Shown piece after piece: positions 13,530 to 28,139 of a stretch of DNA of 64,000 nt. The stretch comes from the human T2T-CHM13v2.0 reference genome, Homo sapiens. Under the pieces are notes generated by a model that saw only the letters and a list, made by a program, of their open reading frames with translations, was not told where the DNA came from and searched no databases. The DNA lies in assembly GCA_009914755.4 (NCBI GenBank), contig CP068257.2:43744001-43808000 (forward strand), written 5' to 3'. Each line of letters begins with the position of its first letter. Position 1 is the stretch's first letter. A program made the translations under genes and the position numbers.

Positions 13530-14100
13530 ATGAATCATGTTTATTGACAGAGAATTGGCATACAACAAGCTGCACATCAGTGTCCATTTGACATGAGTTG
13601 ACATCTGTGTGTACCCACGAATCCACTGCCACCATACAGGCAGTGAACAGACCCACTTCTCAGGGTTCCTTGTGTCCTCTGTCCTGTCCTCCACAGCCAC
13701 TCCCAGTCCCGACCCCAGGCAACCATTGATCTATTTTCTGTCACATAGGTTGGTTTGCATTTGCTGGAATCTTACGTGAACACAATCCTGCAGTTCACAC
13801 CTTTTGGTCTGGCTTCTTTTCCTTGGCACAAGCTCTGTGCTGTTTGCCTGTGTTGTGGCCCACACTGAGTTCACTGCGTTCTACTCCTGAGTGCCCTCCG
13901 TGGGAGAGGAGCTCCGGGCTGGCTGATACACTCGCCTCCTGACAGGAGCTTGCTTTGCCTCCAGTTTGCAGCCCTCACAAACAAGGCCGCTATGAACATG
14001 TGGCTTCAGGTCTTGATGCGGATGACTGAGGACCTGAATATCTGGATCACGAGACAGGTGTGTGTTTAACTTTTTAGCAAGCGGCAAAACTGTTTTTCAG
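13530..14100 (-). mobile_element. Ancient LINE-1-derived fragment (antisense 3' region family)
   Basis: Matches the abundant mammalian repeat family: '...acatcagtgtccatttgacatgagttg...ccaggcaaccattgatctattttctgtc...gctatgaacatg'. This is assigned from memory of the consensus, not a search. Confidence 0.45.
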
Positions 14101-14284
14101 AAGGGTCGTCCTACTGCGGAAGTGAGTGGCCTTCCCTGAGTTTCCAGTCGGTGCTGGGAGTTCCCTGAGTTTCCGCACTCAGGGCCGGGAGTTCTAGCTG
14201 CTCCACACCTTTGACGACTCTTGCTACAGTCGGTCTTGTAAATTGTAACCTTTCCAGGGCCCCAGGATGAGAGAGTCTTTCGTT

Positions 14285-14410
14285 CCCCTTTTCACAGATG
14301 AGGAAACAGAGTCACAGAGAGGCTGAGGAATGTTCCCGAAGTCACAAACCCGGCGAGTCCTGGAGTCAGGCCTCGAGCTCTGAGCCGGGCGGAAACTCAG
14401 TGGGGGTCTC
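14285..14410 (+). mobile_element. MIR fragment
   Basis: 'ttcacagatgaggaaacagagtcacagagaggctgagg...ttcccgaagtcacaaa...agtcctggagtcagg' is the classic MIR core. Confidence 0.6.
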
Positions 14411-15547
14411 CGGAAAAGGCCTGAGCCACAGGCGCCACTCCCTACGGCTGAGGCTACAAAGCCTGCGGCACCCCCACAGCTGCTCCACAAATGGCTCCCA
14501 GAAGTGCTGACTCCCCGGTCCTTAATGGTTGGAGGCCCTGAAGTCGGAGGCCTGGTCTGAGCCGCCTCCGAGGAGGCAGAGCCCCTGCGTCCAGGTGGGG
14601 GCTGCTGGGCCTGTGGGCAGAGGGGGTGTCATGGGGCCCATGGGTGAGGAGCCACTGCCATGGGAAGGAGGCCGCCTGGCCGCTGGGTCACCCTCACGCT
14701 CACAGTGAGCTGGGCTTTGTCTTGCCTAGAGGAACAGGAAAAGGAGCTGTGTTGGTTTCCAGTCACAGTGTGGGGAGAGAAGCCCATGAAATCCCCTGGA
14801 TATGGCTCACAGAGCCAAGAGTAAGTTGCAAAAAGGTGCAGTGCCTGGGCCCCATGGCTGAGTCCTTACTCGCATGCTTGCCAGCGCATTGCTCCCGGCA
14901 CGAGGCCGCCCGCCTGCAGCAGGCCCGCAGGGGCACGGTGGGTCTCCGCCCGCTCCTCATGCCTTGAGCGCGTCATCCTTCCCGGGGTTCACGGCCTCTG
15001 ACAGCCAGACCTCAACACGGCCAGCACGGTGTGCATGGTGTGCACGCCTCCTGCGCCGGGGCCACCAGAGTGGGCTCTCACCGGAGGAGAAAGACAGTCG
15101 GGGAGAGCAGCGCTGTCTGTCACGCTTTGTCACGCTTTGCCGGTGTCATCTGAGAAGTGGTGCAGGGGACAAGGGGGGCGTGACAGGACTGGTCCTGCGG
15201 TAGAGACCCTCTGGGGTGGTGTTCCTGGAACTCTCCCGAAGCCTCTCTTGTTGACATGCATGCCCCACTGAGGAGGGCACACAGCAGAGCTGAGTTATAC
15301 CCACACCCTGCAATCAAACATGCCCCACATCACACCTGGAGTCACGCAGACCCCAGGCAGCCTGCACAAAATGCCAAACAAGAAAAAACTGCAAGAAAAC
15401 CACCGCCACACGCCTTTCTAGAACATGCAACCTAAGGATCAAATCCCACAACCAAAGGTGCACAGAGAGGTGTTGGGGAGAGGACAAGGGCAGCCTCCAC
15501 ACTAGAGGACAGAGTGGGGCTGGCATGGCAGCCGCAGGGACACAGCA

Positions 15548-15790
15548 GGCTGTGGGGCCGGGGGCTGAGCCTGGGTGGCAGCCGGCTGTGGGGCCGGGGG
15601 CTGAGCCTGGGTGGCAGCCGGCTGTGGGGCCAGGGGCTGAGCCTGGGTGGCAGCCGGCTGTGGGGCCGGGGGCTGAGCCTGGGTGTCAGTCGGCTGTGGG
15701 GTCGGGGGCTGAGCCGGGGTCACAGTCGGCTGTGGGGTCGGGGGCTGAGCCTGGGTCGCAGTCGGCTGTGGGGTCGGGGGCTGAGCAGGC
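15548..15790. repeat. Minisatellite, 36-bp unit x ~6.7 (ggctgtggggccgggggctgagcctgggtggcagcc)
   Basis: Regular G-rich tandem copies. Generates the repeat ORFs 15514..15798, 15525..16019 and 15502..15837 (-). Confidence 0.93.
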
Positions 15791-15984
15791 ACTCTTAGGC
15801 CGTCTACCTCCGAACCCAGCTCTTCCCTTGTGGCCATGCAGGCTTGGGGAAAATGGCCTCCTCTCTGTGAACCCGGTCTCTGAAATGGGATCAGACCCCG
15901 GCCTACACTCTCTCTACCTCGGCTCCTGTCCGATTTCTGAGGTTCAGTGGATTGTCAGGTTGGATCCCCCCAGCTGGTTCAGGA

Positions 15985-16085
15985 GGCAAACACTGTTATT
16001 ACTGCCATTTTTCAGATGAGAACCAGCTCATGAGATCAGAGGGGCGAGCATCTGCCAAGGTCCTCCCTGGCAAGTGGACATGGGC
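15985..16085 (+). mobile_element. MIR fragment
   Basis: 'ctgccatttttcagatgagaaccagctcatgagatcagagg...gccaaggtc' resembles MIR 'ccccattttacagatgaggaaactgaggctcagagagg..gcccaaggtc'. Confidence 0.5.
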
Positions 16086-16399
16086 CAGGCAGGACGGCTG
16101 CAGAAGCTGAGTGTGCCTCTCCCGCTTCACCACCCCTCGGTGTGAACTCCCTATCTATGAATTTAGAGGATGTCCTGGGTGGGTTCCCTGGAGACTCGAG
16201 CCTGAGGAAAGGGTTAAGTGCAAGAGCTTCGTGGGGACTGTGATCCAGGGAGCAGGCGGAGAGCAGAGCAGGGGACAGGCAGGGTGATGACGAGATGGAG
16301 CCCTGAGCTGACCGGCCTGGGGACCACTGGGTGTCCCATCCTCTTTCTAACATCGAAAGCTCTGCTCTTCACCCTTGGGCTTCACTGAGGGAACGAAGG

Positions 16400-16890
16400 G
16401 GCGCTCACGTTTATGGAGACTCTTTCCAATCCCTTGGTAGAAGTTTATCCTTTTGATGAAGTTGTTTGCGCACCTTTCAAGGCTCACTGCGGGCATTTCA
16501 TGTTTCGTGACTATCGTGAAGACATTTTTTCTATCATACTATATTAGTTATTGTTGATGTATAAGAAAACTATTGGTTTGTTTTGATGTTCACCTTGCCC
16601 ATGCCCATCATCCCCAACTTTTATTTATTCTGATACCTTTGCAGAGTTCTGACTGATTTCTCTTGGAATTTCTAGAGGGACAACGCTGTCATCTGCAAAT
16701 AACTCAACATGCTTATTCTCCATCTCATTCCTTATCTGATCACATCATCTAGGATCTCGAGAAGTATCAAGTGTTTATTCTTATCAAATTTTATCATTTT
16801 CTTTTTGGTGATTTTAAAAGGAATGCAAAATATTTCACAATCTATTTTCAATATTTGGGAGATGACTTTTATGAAGTTAAGAATGCATGC
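16400..16890 (-). mobile_element. Degenerate LINE-1 ORF2-derived fragment (antisense)
   Basis: AT-rich. Contains the L1 antisense motif 'tctagagggacaacgctgtcatctgcaaata', also seen at about 19240. A 77-bp block (16726-16802) is repeated at 17433-17511. Confidence 0.45.
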
Positions 16891-16891
16891 T

Positions 16892-17200
16892 GGCCAGGCA
16901 CGGTGGCTCACACCTATAATCCCAGCATTTTGGGAGGCTGAGGTGGGCAGGTCACTCGAGCCCAGGAGTTCAAGACCAGCCTGGGCAGCATGGAGAAACC
17001 CTATCTCTACAAAAAATACAAAAATTAGCTGGGCATGGTGGCACGTGCCTGTAGTCCCAGCTACTCAGGAGGCTGAGGCAAGAGGATTGCTTGGGCCCAG
17101 GAATTCAAGGTTGCAGTGAGCCATGATTACAGCATCGCACTCCAGCCTGGGTGACAGTGAGACCCTATCTCAAAAAAGAAAAGAAAAGGAAGAAAAGAAA
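16892..17200 (+). mobile_element. Alu SINE (sense) with A-rich tail
   Basis: 'ggccaggcacggtggctcacacctataatcccagcattttgggaggctgagg ... gcactccagcctgggtgacagtgagaccctatctcaaaaaagaaaagaaaagg'. Confidence 0.95.
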
Positions 17201-17494
17201 GCATGCTTTGCCCCATAGCAAAAGAGTTTTTATCATCAAGTGTTGAATTTTATTGAACATCTTGGAATTTATTGATGCATCCCATGGCTTTCTGTTCTGA
17301 TAAAGCAGTGACTTGTGGTCGCTGATGTCCTAATATTGACCCATCTTTATATTTCTGAATGTGATGGGATTCTGAGCCTCTGTATTTCTAGGGGAGACTA
17401 GTCTCTGTGTGATGTATGACGAATCAGAAAATTCATTCCTTATCTGATCACATCATCTAGGATCTCAAGAAGTATCAAATGTTTATTCTTATGA

Positions 17495-17864
<370 letters not shown>

Positions 17865-20039
17865 TGACCACTAAACAGTAAGGGTTTTGTGTGCATGGGA
17901 TCATCGACTGTGTGCACTTAGGCATCTGTCTCCTCCCACGCAACCGTGACATTTGTGAGGCTCAGCCCTGCTGTCACACCTTCCTCCTCATTGCCGAAGG
18001 TCACCACATTGTGTTAAACAACCACCGTCTCCATTTGACTGCTGAGGGACACTGGGCTATTTCTGGTTCAGACTGTGATGAACGGTGCTGCTGTGAAGGT
18101 TCCTGGACAGGTGTTTTTAGAACATGTGTGGTGGGGCGCATTCCCAAGAGAGGACTTCTTGTCAGATGCATGCATGCTCCACTTTATCAGAGAGGCCACT
18201 TCTCCAAAGAGACTGTACAATTTATGCTCCCACCAGCAGCATGGGGACGCTTCGCCCGGTTCTTATCCCCTCCAAGAGCTGGTGTTGTCCGTTGTGTTCT
18301 TTTTAGCGGATTCTGGGAGATGAGTAAAAGATTAACGTAACCTTCTCTCATCAATATGGACAAGTTAATACTGGTTTAACTTTCTAGCTATGTTTCCCTG
18401 AAAATCTAATCAAGGCAGAATGTTACCCAGGACGTGACCCCTGATGGGCGCATTGCACCTAAATTTGCAGGTCTTTGCAGGCACTAGAAATATCTGCTGG
18501 GGGCACCCTTGATTTCGGTTGCCCGGGTGCAGTGACCTGCTCCTGGGCATGTTCCTTGATGCGTGCTGCACCGACCCCTCTGGAGCTGAACTAGAGATGG
18601 AACTGTAGGCCAGGGTTGTTTCACCCATCCATATGGATCTTGCTCTCCCATATTCCAGCTGCCACTTGATGGGAGAGGGGGAGAGGGGCCAGAGAAGAGG
18701 AGGCACCTTTGCTGAAAATCAATTGATCATATACACACGAATCTATTTCTGGATTCTATTCTGTTGTATTGGTTTATATTTGTTTCCTTTTGCAAACTGC
18801 ACTATTTTGATGACTGCAGCTTTATAATAAAATATTGAAGACAGGGAGTAGCATTCTCCAACTCGTTCTTCCTTTTTCAACCTTGTTTTGGCTATTCTTG
18901 TTCCTTTGTGTTTTTATACAGAGTTTGTAATCAGCTTGCTAATAGTTACCAAAAAGCTGCTAGCATGTAGATTGTAATTGTGTTGTATTTATACATAATT
19001 TAGGGACAATTGACATCTTCACAACATTGAAACTTCTGATCAAGAATCTTCCGAGTCTTCATATTCCCTGCTGTGGTAAGTATTGCTTTTTGTTTCATTT
19101 CTAATTTTTCATCGCTAGTATATAGAAACACAGCCAGTTGTTCTGTGTTGCCCTTATGTCCTGCAACCTTGCTAAACTCACTTATTAATTCTAAAAGTTT
19201 GTGTATAGTCTCCTTAGGATTTCCTACAGACAATCATGTCATGCGTGATTAGTCCTTTTTTATTTCTTCTTTTCCAATCTGTACCCCTTTATTTCTTGTT
19301 CTTGCCTAATTAAACTAAGATCTCCCATGCAATACTGTATAGAAATGGTGAAAGCAGCATCCTTCTTTTGTTCCTTACCTTGGGAGAAAGATTTCGTTTT
19401 ACAATATTAAGTATAAAATTATGCTCTTTACCAGGCTGAGAAAATACCCTTCTATTCCTAACTTCCTGAACTTTTTAAAGAATGGGCGTTTAATTTTGCT
19501 ATATTATTTTTCTGTAGATGTGTATTTTTTGTAGGGAGATGATCCCATGACTTTTTTCAGTTATTCTACTAATAGAGTGAATTATATTGACTGACTTTTG
19601 AATGTTAAACCAACCTTGCATCCCTGAGATGGTACCTGCTGGTCAGGATTGTGACGATCCTTTCTCTGCAGTACTGGGTTTTCTTTGCTAACATTTTGTC
19701 AAGGATTTTTGCAGGATATTGATCTGCAGTTTTCTTTTCTTGCAGTGTCTCTGTCTGGTATCAGAGTAATAGAGGCCTCACGAAATGAATTGGGAAGTTT
19801 CCCTTTCTCCTCTGTGTTCTAAAAGAGCTTCTGTAATTTGCAATTATTCCTTCAATAAATATTTTATAATATTTACCAGTGAAGACATCTGGGCTAGGGG
19901 TTTTCCTCCTAAATGGCTTTTAATTGAGTTTAATTTATTCAACAGACATGGAGCTATTCAGTTTTTAAAATTAAAATTGTTCACAAATGGTATTTTATAA
20001 ATTCTCTATTTTCATAAGTAGCATTTATTACCCTTTTTA

Positions 20040-20195
20040 TTTTTTAAGAGACAGGGTCTCACTCTGTCACCCTGGCTGGAGTGCAGTGGCGTGATCATAG
20101 CTCTCTGTAACCTTGAACTCCTGGGCTCAGACAATCGTCCCGCCTTGGCCTCCCAAAGTTCTGGTATTGCTGGCGTGAGACTCTGAGCCTGGCCC
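20040..20195 (-). mobile_element. Truncated Alu / free Alu-monomer-like fragment (antisense)
   Basis: 'tttaagagacagggtctcactctgtcaccctggctggagtgcagtggcgtgatcatagctc...gccttggcctcccaaagttctggtattgctggcgtgag' is about 155 bp, one arm only. Confidence 0.8.
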
Positions 20196-20291
20196 ATCTT
20201 TTTAATATCTGTAGGATCTTTCTTTCTTCTATTTTTTCATTCTTGATATTGGAAATTTACATCAGTACCCTTTAAAAAAAAATCAGTCTGG

Positions 20292-20583
<292 letters not shown>

Positions 20584-21625
20584 TCAGTCCAGACAGAATT
20601 TCCAGAAGACAAAACAAAACAAAAAAACAGCAGCTTTTGGCTTCAGTAATTTTTCTCTACTGTTTTGGTCTGCTTCCTATTTTTCATTAATTTCAGTTCT
20701 GATATTTATTATTTCCTTTCTTCTGTTTACTTTGTGCTTAATTTGCTTTTTTCCTGGCTTCTTCAGTTGGAGGCTCAGGTCGTGTCTTTGTGCTCCTTCT
20801 TTTCCGCATTTAGTGCTATAAATTTCCCATTAAGCGCTGCATTAGCTTTTCCCCAGAAATTTGGATATGCTGTTATTTTCAATTAACTAAACAAAGTTTT
20901 AATTGTCTCCCAAGAGTCATACAATTTATTGAGAAATGTGTTGTTTAAAATTTCAAAATATGTTGGGATTTTCCAGATAACTATTTTTTACTTCTTGCTT
21001 AACTCTGTTATGCCCTAAAAGCATACTTTGTAGGATTTGTGTTTTTAAAAATTTGTTAAGATATATCTTATGGCCCAGGATATGGTCTATCTTGGTGACG
21101 TCCATGCACATTTGAGAAGAATGTTCTAAGCTGTTGCTGGGTGGTGTGTTCTATGAACATCAATCAGCTCTAGGTGCTGGATAGTGTTGCTCATGCCCTC
21201 TGCATCATTACTGATTTTTCTGTCCATGTGTCTGACAATTACCGAGAGAAGAGAGATGAAGTCTTAAAGCATAACTGGGGATCTGTCTATTTCTCTTTCC
21301 AGTTCGATGGGTTTTTCTTCATGGGGTTTGAAGCCCTGTTGTTTGGTACATGCTCATTTATGACTGTGATGTCTTCTTGGAGCCCTGACCCTCATTATGA
21401 TGCAAAGTCCCTCATCATCCATGTGGATGCTCCTTCTAGATCTACATCTACATCCTCGTAGATGTTGAAATCTATTTGTCAGAGATGAAGCAGCGACTCC
21501 ACCTTTCTTTTGACTAGTGCTTGAATGGTGTATTATGTTTAACTCTATATATGCCTTTAGATTCAAAGTGCATTTCTTGTAGCCACGATGTAGTTGAATC
21601 CTGCTTTTTAAAATCCAATATGACA

Positions 21626-21940
21626 GGTCAGGCGTGGTGGCTCACGCCTGTAATCCCAGCACTTTGGGAGGCGGAGGCGGGCAGATCACGAGGTCAGGAG
21701 ATCAAAACCATCCTGGCTAACACAGTGAAATCCTGTCTCTACTAGAAATACAAAAATATCAGCCAGGCATGGTGGTGAGCGCCTGTAGTCCCAGCTACTC
21801 AGGAGGGTGAGGCAGGAGAATGGTGTGAACCCGGGAGGCAGAGCTTGCCGTGAGCCGAGATGGCGCCACTGCACTCCAGCCTGGGAGACAGCGCGACTCT
21901 GTCTCAAAAAAATAAAAAAATAAAAATAAAATAAATAAAA
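21626..21940 (+). mobile_element. Alu SINE (sense) with (AAATA)n-like tail
   Basis: 'ggtcaggcgtggtggctcacgcctgtaatcccagcactttgggaggcggaggcgggcagatcacgaggtcaggagatcaaaaccatc ... gtctcaaaaaaataaaaaaataaaaataaaataaataaaa'. Confidence 0.95.
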
Positions 21941-22624
21941 TCCAATCTGACAATCTATCTTTTAACTGGTATGGCTAGACCATCCACATTTAATAGATTA
22001 TTGATACAATTGGATTTTAAGCTACCATTTTGTCACGTGTTTTCTATTTGTTACATGTTTTTTGCTTCTTTTGCTCGCTTTTCTGCCTTCTCTTGGTTAA
22101 CTGAGCATTACTTTATCATTCCATTTTATGTCCTCTTGTCCTATAACTTATACCTCTGTTAGAAAATTGTACTCACTGTCCTAGGGTTAAGTCTTAAATT
22201 AATCAAAGTTTACCTTCGGATAGTATGAGACTGCTTCACGTATAGTGTAAGGACCCCACAGCAGTATTTTCCCAACAATTTCTTCCATGCTCTGTGAATT
22301 ATCATCACATGGTTTACCTTGGAGCATGTTATCAACACAATACAACACTACCATTTTCCCTTTAGATAGTTGGCATTTGCAGCAATTACAATTTTTAATT
22401 ATTTCTTCCATTTCTATACTCTATTACTCTTCATGTCTGAAGGAAATAATGTATACAGTGGTCCAATTCCAAGACAAAGTGCCTTGAATTGGCTTAGGTC
22501 AGCAAACTGCAGAAGAAACAGGATATCCTAGGCCCCTGCTCGGATAGCCAACACCTGCTTCTTGGCCTCCCCCTTCCCCCCTTAATTTTTAAAAGTTATT
22601 TTCACTAGTAAAGAATTCTGAATC

Positions 22625-22947
<323 letters not shown>

Positions 22948-25304
22948 TCAGTACTTGAAAGCCATCCCTCCATCATCATCCACCTTGCATAGTGTCTGCA
23001 GATAGTTCTGCTGTGCTTCTTATCTTGGTTCTTCTCGCGTCTCATGTGTCCCTCTCCCTCCCTTCTCCTCCCAGTTCCTTTAGAGAGTTTCTGCATGTCT
23101 TTTTCCCCAGCTGCTTGAATATGCACAGGTTTCTGTGCTTTTTTTTTGTTTCTGTTCTATTTTGTTTGTTTTACTTTTTTGCTGTTTTACCTGATGGATG
23201 TTGTCTGAGTTTCTTTAATCTGTGCTTTGATGTCTGTCATTGATTTTGGAAAATTATTGACCATTATTTCTTCAAATATTCCTTGTCCACCCCCTCACCA
23301 TCTGTGATTCCAATTGTATTATGTTACACTACTTGAGATCGTATTGTAATCCCTCGGAAACACGCTCTATGTTTTTCCTCTTATCTCTTTGGTTTTCCAT
23401 TTGGATGATTTCTATAGAGCTATTTTCAAATTCATGGATTTCTTTGGCTAAGTCAAGTTTACTGACAAGCTTCTCAAAGCCATTTTTCATCTCTTTTACT
23501 GTGTTTTCATTTTTAGCATTTTCATTTTGTTCTTTCTCACAGTTTCTATCTCTTTTCAAGACAGCATATTATTTTAAGCAAAGAAATGGAAATAAGCTAA
23601 GTCTCATGAATGGTGGAAGAATTGACAAATAAGCTAAGTCTCATTAATTTTAGGGAGACTTAGCTAGTTTCATTCAATCATTTATGTAAATGTGTTCATC
23701 CTGGCATAGAAAGAGCTAGAACAGAAATTGAGCTTTAAAAGCAAGTTTCAAAACCATGGATATTATCTCATGTATGCTTTGTTTTTAAAATTCCACAAAG
23801 CAACATAATATTTCTAGAGTAACAAATATCTACAAAATGCATTTTGTAAAACAGCCTGGAAGGAAAACCCACAGAAGATGATAAGGGTTCGGTTTGGCAG
23901 GAGGCAGGGTTGGGACTCCAGCTTTACTGGTCACATGTGGAGTTTTTACAGTGAGGTTGTGTCCTGTGTGAGCTATGTGTCTTCAGACAACTCACCCTGT
24001 GATTGGGTGGATGATGCGGCAGAGAAGGGAGCACAAAGGGCCCTGGCAGGTGCAGGTGGAGGCAGGGCTGAGGCCAGGTCTGCTCTATGTCAAGAGGAGT
24101 GCAGCCTCTCACAAAAGCTGAACAATTCCTAGGCTCCTGCGCACTGCGGGTTGTAACCACGGCCCGGGCAGCTCCTCTGAGCCTGAGTGCAGCCCCTTCC
24201 CTGTCTGTACCACCTCTCCCTGCAAACCCATCAACCCCATCCCAGGCCCCACCTGCCCAGGAAGCAAGACAGACACCTGTGGTGCAGGCCCCAGACTTGA
24301 GGAATCTGCTACCGCTTCTTAGAACCCAGACACGGTCCTAAGCCTGCTCCACCTGCTCCACCCCAGGACCTCTGCCGGAGCTGCCCTCGGTCCTGGATGC
24401 TCTCTCCTCCCTGCGCACCCCACAGCCCATTCCTCCACAGCCCATGAGCCCTCCCCTGGTCCCTGCAATGAGCCACGGCCACTCCCCTGCTCCCCACACC
24501 TGTGCTCCAAGGCCCCCCAGGGACCTGGCACGTCCGTCTCTTTGGGGGCACTGGTTTGAGCCTGCCCCTACCAGAGGGCACAGAGCCTCCAGGACCCTGG
24601 TGGAGGGACAAACAGGGCCGAGCAGAGCTCCATGTGGACGCTGGGCGCTGCCCTCAGAGCACCTGCAGGCGTCTGTGCAGAAGGGCCCGGGAGGAGGTAA
24701 GGCGAATGGAGAGACTTTTGGTCTTATTTTCTACGTGTGTTTCTGCATTTTCTGTTGATTTTTCTGTGGTTATCACATATTACTCGTGTCTACAAAGGAA
24801 ACAATACAACTCTAATAGAAAGAGGGGATGCTACAGAGCCTATGGGGACACAGCCATGAGGCCAAGGTAAGGCCCCAAGTGAAACGAATGAGCAAAAAGA
24901 GTTCGTACAGCTACCAGGTAAGCAGTCACATGTGTTTCATAGTAGCTGTGTCTCCTACTGATCACACCCCCATAGTCCCCAAAGGTGGAGAGTGGGGCAG
25001 GAGAGAGGTAGGCCAACTCAGGCCACAGGTGGGCTGGCACCCGCCCTGCCCCAGCCCCTCCCTCCTGGGAGCCGCAGACAGGCCCCCAGGGCAGTGCATC
25101 AGGCCACACCTGCAGAGACCTGCTTCCCCTGGCAGCAGGCACCTGCCCTGACGGAAGACTTAGGAATGGGTTGGGTTGGGTGGAAGTGGTGCCCCAGGGC
25201 AGGTGAGATGGAAGAGGTGAAAGAGACCTGCACTGCAGGGTTAATGGACAGGGGCCAGACAGACCAGGAGCCTCGGGAGGAGAAGCCACCAGGACCCAGG
25301 ACAC

Positions 25305-25510
25305 ATGAACACCCCTGACACACACTCACACGCACACAGGCTGACACACATGCACACACTGTACATAGTTACAGAAACACACACATGCACACACACAGCA
25401 CAGAGAGACATGCACACACATGCACACAAGGTACGGTCACAGACACACACACAGCAGACACACAGACACACCCACTGCACTGCAGAGACACCACCAAACC
25501 CTGATAGACA
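25305..25510. repeat. Imperfect CA-rich simple repeat (cacacgcacacaggctgacacacatgcacacactg...)
   Basis: Low-complexity (CA)n-derived tract. The ORFs on both strands here are artefacts. Confidence 0.8.
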
Positions 25511-26499
25511 CACACAGACTCACTCCTCCATCCACCTGAGAAACAAAAGTTTTGCAGAAGTGTGCGATGACCACTTCTACTCTATGCTGTTCTCCTTAAT
25601 CTTTTTATTTTTAAAAAATGTGGGTCATAATCCTTTACATTGATTTCCTTCCTCACAGTGCACCGCAAGCACTCAGGGAAGGACTCCAGGTTTGAAGGCA
25701 GATGCTGGTCGGGACCCGACCAGGTGGCTGGGCGGGAAGAGGTGAGATCGGGCAGGATTGGGCCTGGGAAGGCTGAGGCAGGCAGGGATGATGCCAGCAG
25801 AGGAGAATCCCAAGCAGGCCCCGCGGCTGCGGCTGGAGAGCTCCAGGGGCGGAGAGGAGGTGGGAGGCAGCAGTCAGGTTGGGAGGACCCTGGCAAGCAA
25901 GCCCAGAGAGGAGGGCCGGGAGGGCCGGGCACTAGAAGTGTGAAGTCACTGCTGCCTCCTGGGGCTGCTTCAGAGGATGGGTGGGGCCACGTGTGGGGAG
26001 ATCAGGGAGACTGGAGACTACGCTGTTTGGTCCAGGCATAGGAGATGAGCCCTGGCCGGGAAGGGACAGTGTGGATGGGCCAGGCGGAATCAGAGGGTTT
26101 CAGAGAAAGCCGTCAAGCCAGTGCCATGAGTTTCGCGCACACGAGGAGGGAGCAGGCTGGGGGGTGTTGCTGGTGTGAGGGCTCTCTGGTTGCAGGGAGC
26201 GGTCCGGTCGGGTGGGGGCACAGCTGCCAGGAGGAAAGCGCCCAGGGCCTGCAGGTGGGGCTCAGGATGCTGGCCCTGAAGAAATAGAAACAGGGTTTTC
26301 ACCTGGGAGGGAGGAGGAGCCTGGGAACTGGGGAGGAAGAGGCTCTGCTGGGCCGCGCCCTGGGAACAGGGGGACCTGGGGACAGATCTGGCCCTCGCAC
26401 GCCCCTCCTGTCTCGCGTCCGTCCCTCCGTGCAGCCGGGGCAGGACCCTGCAGGGGCCTTGCGGGCCGGAGGTGCCGGCTTCCTCCTCCGTCCCGTCCC

Positions 26500-26987
26500 C
26501 CCCGCGGTGACTCTATTCAAATCTCCCCCCTTCCCGCTGCCCCACCGGACTCAGGGGCTGGGGTCGTAGCCCGGCGGGCAGCGGTGTTCACCTTCCGCAT
26601 AAACCTGGGCTTCCTCGCGGGGCAGCCCCCGGGCCCTGTGCTGGGTCGCAGCCTCGGGCGGTTCCCTCGGGGCGGGACGTGTCCCCGTCCGTCCTCGCCC
26701 GTCCCCGCCGCCCCCGGGTCCCGGCCCGCCCCGTCCTCGCAGCCGCAGGTCCGCTGCGGCGCCCGCCCCCCTCTCCCCTCCCCGGGCCTTGCCCTGCTCG
26801 TCGCTCCGCCCCCTGCCCGGCCCCTGCCCGGCCCCGCCCCGCGCCCGCCCCCTGCCCGCGCCCGCCCCGCCCCCTGCCCGCCCCCTGCCCGGCCTCCCAG
26901 CGGCGGCGGCTGCAGCGCGGCGGTCCGAGCGGGTGCACCGCGGCGGAGGAGGCAGCATCCCGCGGCGCTGACGGTCCTGGGGAGAGC
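26500..26987 (+). promoter_or_regulatory. Putative CpG-island promoter / 5'UTR region upstream of the ATG
   Basis: A cluster of Sp1-like GC boxes at 26790-26900 ('gccccgccccgcgcccgcccc...'). A CATAAA element at about 26597. The ATG at 26988 is in strong Kozak context ('gagagcATGGcg'). The TSS is not determinable from sequence alone. Confidence 0.5.
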
Positions 26988-26998
26988 ATGGCGCCGAG
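26988..26998 (+). CDS. First coding exon (3' end shown): ATG GCG CCG AG | gtgagg. Start codon plus 11 nt, then a consensus splice donor. Product: secreted/membrane protein N-terminus (signal peptide), gene not identified.
   Basis: Kozak-consensus ATG followed 11 nt later by AG|GTGAGG. After splicing, the reading frame continues without a stop into a hydrophobic signal-peptide core in the next exon. The exon's 5' boundary is unknown. Confidence 0.5.
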
Positions 26999-27115
26999 GT
27001 GAGGCCGGGGCTGCGGGCAGGGGTTGGGGGACGCCAAGATGCGGCTGCGGGGGTCCCGGGGGTCCCGGGGCTCGGCCGGGTCCTGCGGGGGTCGCGGGGG
27101 TCCTGCGGGGTCTGA

Positions 27116-27919
<804 letters not shown>

Positions 27920-28139
27920 TAACCGGGGCCTCCTGCCTCCAGCCAGCCCAGCAGAGGCCCGGGGGAGGCGGCGGGGACGCGGACCCCAGGGGAGCCCCGC
28001 CCAAAGGGCCTGGGTGCCTTGTCGCGGGTGGAATCCCACCCGGGGGTCCACGCAGCCAGCGCCTGCCTCCGACTCGACTCCACACCTGCTTGCTACAGCG
28101 GGTGAGGAAGCAGGAAAGGGGGAGGGAGGGATGTCGTCT

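Noticed and set aside
15548-15790. Possible tandem CTCF-like half sites ('ctgggtggcag') in the 36-bp minisatellite, and a PRDM9 13-mer search across arrays
   Set aside because: Matches are partial only. No full CCNCCNTNNCCNC or CTCF core consensus was found by eye, which is too weak to claim.
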